From contig MQRK01169010.1 of NCBI GenBank assembly GCA_001938485.1, forward strand, positions 1 to 64,000: a stretch of DNA of 64,000 nt, read 5' to 3'. Position numbers and translations under genes: made by a program. The number at the start of each line of letters is the position of its first letter. Position 1 is the first letter of the stretch. This DNA is from Girardia tigrina (taxonomy: Eukaryota). Below, one piece after another: positions 59,901-64,000 of the stretch. The notes under the pieces are model-generated. The model was not told where the DNA came from and made no database searches. It saw nothing but the letters and a program-made list of their open reading frames with translations.

Positions 59901-62817
59901 AGGAAAGTTTTGAAAAAAATCATATTTTTTTTACATCACATTCTTTATTTTACAAATTATACACAAAAATTATTTCTAAATGTAAAATAAAAATTAGTAT
60001 TGTTTTAGGGTGTGATATCTTTCAAAACATTTGCCCCTGTATATGGGAACTTCACAAAATTTGCCGTTATATGTACCGTTATCTTCGACTATTTTTGTGA
60101 TGAGTAACACTACCTCGGTACCCATCGTACACCCCATCTATTGTTCTCAAAAGGTTTTTACCTACATGGCTACAACCCTACAGACGCTATATAGCGAAAA
60201 CTCAAGTATATTGGAACCCGTATTTTAACGTGACCCGCGCTCCACTAACAATCTATCAAAAACGTATAAATACGTGATCCGATTACAATGTGTTAAGATT
60301 TTCAATAATTAAAATTATAGAAATAATAATTAAAGATTTAGTTATTTTAATAAACAAATGATTTTTTCAATAAAATGTATGACAAAGTGTCGGTCAAAAA
60401 ATTATTTTTTTCTACTCTAAAGTTATGAGGAGTTAGTTAAAAATTTCAATTCGCACAAAGAATTTATAACATTTTTTAATTTAAAATTTTAATAAAAATT
60501 AAATAATATCAGAAAACATAAAAAATGCATAAAGGTTATAATTTAAAAGAGTTTAAAAGAATTTTTAAAAAATAAACAAAAATTAAATAATTGTGTAAAA
60601 CAAAAAAGTTTAAAAATCTAAAAAGTTAAGATTAATTAAAATCGATATATTTTAAAAAGAAAATATTTAGTAAAAGTTTTAAAATAAGAATTTTAAACAA
60701 AATAATGAAACAATAAACTGGTTAAAATGTATAATGAAGAACGAAATTATTTTGAAAATAAGAAGTCTAGTATTATTAATTAAATTTAAACAAAGTTTTA
60801 AATAAGTAATAAATTTCAGAGATAAATTTTAATAGTGAAAATTTAACAAGTTTATACAAAAGTAGAAATTTGATTTTAAAGAAAATTTAATAAATGGATT
60901 TTGGGAAAATGAATAAATTAACGAGAAGAAATTTGTTTAAATTTGTGCGTAATTTTCATTAATAAATTTTTGTGTGAAATTATGACTTCTAATCTTGAAT
61001 CAAATATCATCGAATATAATGTATATGCAACTAGCAGAGGAAATGACATATCTTTTAAGTTTAATCGTGTTAGGTTACAACTTCTACTGTAATCAAACTT
61101 TTATGATTTTGAGGAACTTGAGTACTACTTTTATCTAAGTAAAAAAAGCTAATTGACTATGAGGACTATTTGTAACTTTATCATATCTATATCAGAATCC
61201 GGGATACAGCTGTGAATGCAAACCTGGATATCAGGGTACCGGATGGTTCTGTGTGAAAGAGAATCCATGCAACAAACCGGGAGCTTGTGGCCCAAATCAG
61301 TTGTGTTCACCAAACGAAAACAACACCGATACCGAATGCGTATGTAAAGATGACTTCAAACCAGATAAAAATGGAACTTGCGTGCGTAAGTGTTGTTCTT
61401 ATGGAATTAGCACTATTTATTGTCAAACACAGCCAAACAAGAGTGCACAGAAGGAACCGACACGTGCGATCGTGATTCCCAAAATTGCGTTCAGTTAGAG
61501 CGAGGATTCCAATGCGAATGCAAACCAGGCTTTAATGCAGTCGGTAATACGTGTCAAGACAAGAATGAGTGTGATCCGAAGAGCCCAGATTTTGCGGCTC
61601 AACCGTGTCAAGCCAGTGGTGGGGGCTGTCTTAATACTCCCGGTGGGTTTGTTTGCACCTGTCCCCAGAAAAAAGACTCAAATGACAATTCTACCTGCAA
61701 ACGTAATTCATCATCAATTGATTTTATGACATTCACACAATGTTTTACTGTAGCGATAGACTCATGCGCAAATAAACTTGATAAATGCGATAGGAAACTC
61801 GAAGAATGTATCCCGAATGAAGGAGATTCCGGCTACTCCTGTCGTTGCATTGATGGATTTGAGAGTAAGACTAGTCGTTATATTTTTGTAAATTTATTTT
61901 TCTTATTATTTTTTTACCAATTAAATTGGAATAGCGTCTTTAACTTTATAGGTCTTTAAAATCTAACCTTGTTGATTGTCTGAAGACTTTAATTAACATA
62001 TAATCGTTCATAAATATCACGTTCTAAGACATGTTTAATGAATCCGTCATTTCTGTCAGAAGTCAACGGGACGTGCACGGACATCAACGAATGCGAACAA
62101 GGAACTGATTCTTGTCAAAAAAACTCCACTTGTAAAAATGCAATCGGCTCTTACGAATGTGTTTGTCCAAGCAATTTGAAATTAGACAAAACGAAGAAAG
62201 GGTGCACTGGTAATAATTATTTATGGTTAACATTTTCAATGGAAATATTTATTCGCAATTTTTCAATAGATCGGAATGAATGTATGGAAAATCCTATGAT
62301 CTGTGGAGATCTATCAACATGCGTTAATACTGAAGGTTCGTTTAAGTGCGTCTGTGTCACCGGATTCTTGTGGAACGGAAAGAATTGTGAAGGTTAACGA
62401 AATGCAAGTATTAAGATATTTTACTTGTGTCTCTTCTCTCAGATATCGATGAATGCGCCAACAAAACTCACCCGTGTCATAAATTCGCAGAGTGTTCCAA
62501 TGTCCCAGGATCTTGTGCCTGTAAATGCTTACCAGGATTCACTGGAGACGGGATCTATAATTGTCAAGGTGATTGCTTGCATATCTTAGATAAACAATCG
62601 AATGTTTGATATACAATCACCATTGACTTTGAAGCTATTTAATAACGACATTTTTGTCTAGAAATCGATACTTGTCCACCAAAGGTCGATGTCAAGTGCC
62701 CAACTGGAACCTTTTGCAATATGGTTGACAATATCATATTCTGCAACTGCACTAATGGTTATTCCGACCTTGATAACATGGAATGCATTGGAGACGTCTG
62801 TTATAAACAGTGCTCCG
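9392..62817 (+). CDS. Partial multi-exon gene (36 exons in window, 5' and 3' ends outside): VWD(C-term)-C8-TIL-TILa followed by ~40 EGF/cbEGF modules; giant secreted matrix/adhesive-type, fibrillin-like protein
   Basis: Manually joined GT-AG exons give one stop-free frame of 5830 nt with consistent intron phases (mostly 1-1). Motifs: [16 protein letters not shown] (VWD), C8 cysteine pattern, TIL ([17 protein letters not shown]), repeated D(I/V)(D/N)EC..C.N..GS(Y/F).C.C..G(Y/F).G.G..C. No 8-Cys TB domain, so not true fibrillin. Confidence 0.93.
9608..9778 (+). CDS. exon 2: end of VWD / start of C8 ([13 protein letters not shown]...)
   Basis: atacag acceptor, gtaaat donor, phase 0-0. Confidence 0.88.
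9829..10015 (+). CDS. exon 3: C8 domain (QCEAV...[10 protein letters not shown]...NYRSENFC)
   Basis: gtatag acceptor, gtaaga donor, phase 0-1. Confidence 0.9.
11085..14200 (-). mobile_element. Long-TIR rosa/DD41D-like Tc1/mariner element (~275 bp TIRs); transposase pseudogene 12534-11448
   Basis: Left TIR 11085-11359 matches right TIR 12773-12972 plus 14125-14200; TA flanks; motifs [50 protein letters not shown]; stops and frameshifts present. Confidence 0.92.
12973..14122 (+). mobile_element. Family A copy 2, inserted into the right TIR of the long-TIR element (interior is an N gap)
   Basis: Same TIR as 4469-5666; TA duplication confirmed by comparison with the host's intact left TIR. Confidence 0.9.
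15990..16164. mobile_element. PIF/Harbinger-type (Tourist-like) fold-back MITE, 175 bp
   Basis: ~72 bp inverted arms starting GACTAGGTTTACAAAAC (2 mismatches), TAA duplicated on both sides. Confidence 0.8.
16165..16316 (+). mobile_element. Penelope-like retroelement 3' remnant with degenerate minimal hammerhead ribozyme (16272-16309)
   Basis: Removing the MITE restores ...[14 protein letters not shown], followed by gaa-CTGAAGAT-GCCAC-aaaa-GTGGC-aAAAC-ATGTT-ttc and AATAAA. Confidence 0.6.
19397..20053 (-). pseudogene. Antisense intronic Asn/Ser-rich reading frame of ~218 codons with one internal TGA; unidentified host-like gene fragment
   Basis: ORFs 20053-19766 and 19744-19397 are in the same frame (offset 309 nt), separated only by TGA at 19768-19766; GC/CpG-rich island in an AT-rich intron; no domain recognised. 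Confidence 0.55.
20008..20182. repeat. 80 bp direct duplication (20008-20087 and 20103-20182), 1 mismatch
   Basis: Direct alignment; contains the ATG of the antisense frame. Confidence 0.92.
20530..20722 (+). mobile_element. Mariner transposase C-terminal remnant
   Basis: [10 protein letters not shown]...FKTWFD and [17 protein letters not shown]. Confidence 0.7.
21191..21393 (+). CDS. exon 4: TIL domain
   Basis: gttcag acceptor, gtaatt donor, phase 1-0; [18 protein letters not shown]...[22 protein letters not shown]. Confidence 0.93.
22817..22994 (+). CDS. exon 5: TILa-like module plus first EGF ([16 protein letters not shown]...[10 protein letters not shown])
   Basis: cattag acceptor, gtaagt donor, phase 0-1; frame not shown in the ORF track. 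Confidence 0.9.
23066..23317 (+). CDS. exon 6: two cbEGF modules
   Basis: cttag/gtaaga, 252 nt, phase 1-1. Confidence 0.93.
23919..24053 (+). CDS. exon 7: cbEGF ([19 protein letters not shown]...)
   Basis: taag acceptor, gttagt donor, 135 nt, phase 1-1. Confidence 0.9.
24190..24423 (+). CDS. exon 8: two cbEGF modules
   Basis: tgcag/gtacga, 234 nt, phase 1-1. Confidence 0.9.
25191..25304 (+). CDS. exon 9: EGF-like ([28 protein letters not shown]...CE)
   Basis: ttttag/gtatat, 114 nt, phase 1-1. Confidence 0.9.
27149..27369. mobile_element. piggyBac-type MITE, 221 bp
   Basis: TTAA TSD; TIR CCC(A/C)TTAA(C/T)GCCGA. Confidence 0.8.
28923..29128. mobile_element. piggyBac-type MITE, 206 bp
   Basis: TTAA TSD; TIR CCCTTCGTAAC. 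Confidence 0.8.
29150..29640 (+). mobile_element. Highly decayed mariner remnant
   Basis: KKVMWCV*WDGGGV and VFRHNDGRP resemble mariner KKxMLxVWWD and HDNARPH; boundaries approximate. Confidence 0.5.
31246..32903 (-). mobile_element. Old deleted mariner derivative hosting a rosa-like insertion
   Basis: Degenerate TIRs (ttagggtgaaccaaaagtcttttcgt / acgaaaagaccttcgtcaaaccacaa); C-terminus [34 protein letters not shown] on the minus strand at ~31445-31320. Confidence 0.6.
31891..32826 (+). mobile_element. Internally deleted rosa-like Tc1/mariner element
   Basis: TIR CA(A/G)TGCGTTCA(G/A)AAAGT.ACTGTGCACCT, TA TSD; [43 protein letters not shown]. Confidence 0.9.
33000..33335 (-). mobile_element. 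Tc1-like transposase N-terminal remnant
   Basis: [16 protein letters not shown] resembles Tc1-family N-termini; then degenerates. Confidence 0.45.
35332..35460 (+). CDS. exon 10: cbEGF ([12 protein letters not shown]...)
   Basis: aacag/gtattt, 129 nt. Confidence 0.92.
35516..35638 (+). CDS. exon 11: cbEGF with 7 cysteines
   Basis: cttag/gtaatg, 123 nt. Confidence 0.92.
35689..35814 (+). CDS. exon 12: cbEGF ([12 protein letters not shown]...)
   Basis: ttcag/gtatgt, 126 nt. Confidence 0.92.
35871..36128 (+). CDS. exon 13: two cbEGF modules
   Basis: tttag/gttaaa, 258 nt. Confidence 0.92.
36183..36290 (+). CDS. exon 14: EGF-like ([17 protein letters not shown]...)
   Basis: tttag/gtaaat, 108 nt. 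Confidence 0.88.
36341..36577 (+). CDS. exon 15: cbEGF plus EGF-like
   Basis: gttag/gtgaga, 237 nt. Confidence 0.92.
37280..37480 (-). mobile_element. Penelope-like retroelement 3' remnant with hammerhead core (37284-37320)
   Basis: Minus strand [28 protein letters not shown] (GIY-YIG C-terminal EALLI..P.IN.Q motif, 37474-37388), then CTGATGAT-GACG-gttaaag-CGTC-GAAA-TATATT. Confidence 0.72.
38950..39780 (+). mobile_element. Decayed mariner transposase
   Basis: [47 protein letters not shown]; TIR-like cgggtacttattgaa near 39760. Confidence 0.75.
40941..41057 (+). CDS. exon 16: EGF-like ([14 protein letters not shown]...)
   Basis: tttag/gtaagt, 117 nt. Confidence 0.92.
42453..43178. mobile_element. 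Non-autonomous hAT-like DNA transposon in a (TA)n tract
   Basis: TIR CAGTGCTTTTTTTGT; TATATATA on both sides; AGGTGCCGGTAC repeats near both ends; GC hairpin ctggggcggagccccag. Confidence 0.75.
45077..45208 (+). CDS. exon 17: cbEGF ([12 protein letters not shown]...)
   Basis: tttag/gtattt, 132 nt. Confidence 0.9.
45258..45380 (+). CDS. exon 18: EGF-like ([17 protein letters not shown]...)
   Basis: taaag/gtattt, 123 nt. Confidence 0.88.
45457..47128 (-). mobile_element. Rearranged mariner derivative with internal duplications
   Basis: Degenerate TIRs (ttaggttgaaacgaaggt / accttcgttgcaacataa); N-terminus [20 protein letters not shown] present twice; 45763-46224 duplicates 46721-47073. Confidence 0.75.
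47652..47771 (+). CDS. exon 19: EGF ([16 protein letters not shown]...)
   Basis: tgcag/gtaagg, 120 nt; in-frame alternative CAG 9 nt downstream. Confidence 0.88.
48590..49391 (+). mobile_element. Decayed mariner transposase, related to 38950-39780
   Basis: [54 protein letters not shown]. Confidence 0.75.
49506..49634 (+). CDS. exon 20: cbEGF ([12 protein letters not shown]...)
   Basis: aacag/gtaagg, 129 nt. Confidence 0.92.
49687..49788 (+). CDS. exon 21: short EGF-like ([12 protein letters not shown]...)
   Basis: tttag/gtatat, 102 nt. Confidence 0.9.
49833..49955 (+). CDS. exon 22: cbEGF ([18 protein letters not shown]...)
   Basis: ttaag/gtgagt, 123 nt. Confidence 0.9.
50931..50985. repeat. 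(ATT)n microsatellite
   Basis: Direct inspection; shorter tracts at 18005-18030, 29763-29797 and 51207-51227. Confidence 0.9.
51570..51970 (-). mobile_element. Decayed rosa-like transposase fragment
   Basis: [18 protein letters not shown] resembles [15 protein letters not shown]; VTGENY upstream. Confidence 0.5.
52011..54463 (-). mobile_element. Old mariner element (transposase pseudogene ~53061-52110) split by a younger mariner
   Basis: [36 protein letters not shown]; degenerate TIRs sharing gtcaa.tatga.atttgt near 52017 and 54440-54460. Confidence 0.72.
53069..54282 (-). mobile_element. Mariner element (1214 bp), transposase with stops and a frameshift
   Basis: TIR TTAGG(A/T)TGATGCATAAGTTTTTAG, TA TSD; ATG at 54166, [36 protein letters not shown]. 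Confidence 0.95.
55591..55950 (+). CDS. exon 23: atypical 6-Cys module, EGF, and most of a cbEGF
   Basis: tacag/gtttca, 360 nt; donor is weak but the phase fits the next exon. Confidence 0.87.
56179..56331 (+). CDS. exon 24: end of a cbEGF plus one cbEGF ([21 protein letters not shown]...)
   Basis: gagcag/gtacta, 153 nt; absent from the ORF track. Confidence 0.88.
56753..56881 (+). CDS. exon 25: EGF
   Basis: gacag/gtaaga, 129 nt. Confidence 0.9.
56942..57070 (+). CDS. exon 26: EGF
   Basis: tgcag/gtgcgt, 129 nt. Confidence 0.9.
57338..57466 (+). CDS. exon 27: cbEGF ([13 protein letters not shown]...)
   Basis: aacag/gttaga, 129 nt. Confidence 0.92.
58915..59040 (+). CDS. exon 28: cbEGF
   Basis: tacag/gtaatt, 126 nt. 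Confidence 0.92.
59101..59306 (+). CDS. exon 29: cbEGF plus first half of a cbEGF
   Basis: ttcag/gtatag, phase 1-0. Confidence 0.88.
59674..60292. mobile_element. piggyBac-like non-autonomous element, 619 bp
   Basis: TTAA TSD; TIR CACATTGT(G/A)ATCGG. Confidence 0.8.
61196..61385 (+). CDS. exon 30: second half of the cbEGF ([19 protein letters not shown]) plus EGF
   Basis: atcag/gtaagt, phase 0-1. Confidence 0.9.
61433..61702 (+). CDS. exon 31: two EGF/cbEGF modules
   Basis: cacag/gtaatt, 270 nt. Confidence 0.9.
61754..61864 (+). CDS. exon 32: EGF (C1-C5)
   Basis: tgtag/gtaaga, 111 nt. Confidence 0.88.
62060..62209 (+). CDS. exon 33: end of EGF plus cbEGF
   Basis: gtcag/gtaata, 150 nt. 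Confidence 0.9.
62270..62392 (+). CDS. exon 34: cbEGF
   Basis: aatag/gttaac, 123 nt. Confidence 0.92.
62443..62568 (+). CDS. exon 35: cbEGF with 7 cysteines
   Basis: ctcag/gtgatt, 126 nt. Confidence 0.92.
62662..62817 (+). CDS. exon 36: EGF-like module with 8 cysteines ([13 protein letters not shown]...[12 protein letters not shown])
   Basis: tctag/gttggt, 156 nt; the gene continues beyond the window. Confidence 0.82.
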
Positions 62818-64000
62818 GTTGGTTTTTTTACACATATTTTTTTATAATTTTTAAAATCTTTAAATTTAATTTTTTTTGGAAACTCTCGCGAAAAGATTTT
62901 TTGAGAAAAAAATCTTTTCATGATGAAGAAAGAGAGAGAGAGTAAAAGGAGTGAATTTATTTTATTTAGAGTTGATTAATGTATATATGATTATTTGTCT
63001 ATCCGTACCGGTCATTGTATGGGAAATCATGACTCGTCCTTCCAGACGGGGAAACCAAAGCGTACCCGTGCACTGACAGCTCGCATTCTTGCATCTAAAG
63101 TCGTGTGAGAAAGTCAGTAGTCTCTGTATCGTCAATTTACGGTTTCTACCAGATACAGAGTCTATGGCTCACTACCTTGTACGCCAATGGTGGAACTGTA
63201 GTCTCTACAATACTCAGTTATCCGCCCAGTTGTGGGAGGCTTATTATGTTAGGAAGATTGCCGAAGTGTCTGTTGTATAACTTACAATAAATTTACTTTC
63301 TAGTAACATTTTGCAAACATGTTATTAAATAAAAGAACATTATTCTGCAAATGCCAAAATCTTAACTATCTTCTCTAAAATATATACATAGAAAGTAGAA
63401 AGTTTATCTGTTTGTTTTTTGTACGCTTGTTATACCGTACATTCAAATGTAACTCCAAACAAAGATTTGTCCAATCAAGGGTGCGGAAACGAGCCACACT
63501 GGTTTAAAAAATACTTACCGCCGAGTTTTTCATTCGAAAAATAAGATTGCAATATTTTCAAACTGTTGTAAAACTAATATAATTTTTGATACAAAAGAAT
63601 AGAACATAAGGTGGTTCTGAAAAATCTGAGAAGAATATAAGTTTTGTTTACCTTAAAATGTCATATTTATTTTTTTAAAAAAAAAGGATCCGAAAAAAAT
63701 ATTACTTATTTAACTTTCAGAACCGATTTTGGATGGAAAGTATACATACTCCTGGTGCAGACAGAACTAAGAATTTTATGTATCAAACGGCTTTGCAATA
63801 AAAGATTTGTTTTTCTGTGAATCCTCTCATAAAATATCAATTAGTATTTCCCGAATTATGCCGCTTCCTCCACTAATATGTTGTAGGATAAGATTATGAT
63901 TTTCTCTGAAGATACTTTGGAAATTCCAAAACAAAAGCGTTACCATGAGAGATTTCCTGTGGCAAGTTGATCCTCGTAGCTTATTTGTACTTGTCTCATT

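Noticed and set aside
9392-62817. Calling the gene fibrillin (FBN), Notch or uromodulin
   Set aside because: No TB, LNR, ankyrin or ZP domains are visible and VWD-C8-TIL is present; no gene symbol can be supported.
63118-63165. Hairpin ctctgtatc/gatacagag as a miRNA or ncRNA
   Set aside because: Stem too short with a large loop; no known RNA motif.
1-64000. tRNA, rRNA, CRISPR arrays, prokaryotic operons
   Set aside because: None seen; the sequence is intron-rich eukaryotic DNA.

Overview
Eukaryotic, very AT-rich animal genomic DNA (draft assembly; every multi-base N gap lies inside a transposon copy). There are no prokaryotic features. One large spliced + strand gene dominates the window, and both its ends lie outside it. 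I can join 36 GT-AG exons (9392-62817; 5830 nt, about 1943 codons) into one stop-free frame. It encodes the C-terminal part of a von Willebrand factor D domain (CGLCGNYN), a C8 domain, TIL and TILa modules, and about 40 tandem EGF/calcium-binding EGF modules with no fibrillin TB domains. This suggests a giant secreted matrix or adhesive-type protein, with a domain order recalling flatworm adhesive protein ap1. Intron lengths are broadly bimodal: about half are 44-71 nt, the rest range up to 11 kb. The large introns hold many decayed transposons: Zator, Mutator, many mariner/Tc1/rosa elements (often nested), piggyBac, Harbinger and hAT-like MITEs, and two Penelope-like 3' ends with hammerhead ribozyme motifs. 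The best second-look items are: two EGF modules with an odd 7th cysteine; five in-frame stop-free 3n mini-introns; an antisense Asn/Ser-rich ORF inside intron 3 with an in-frame TGA and a duplicated start; a long-TIR rosa-like transposase with DD47D spacing; inverted twin transposons bracketing the VWD-C8 exons; and a templated-insertion repair scar copied from 3.6 kb away. The organism cannot be identified from sequence alone.
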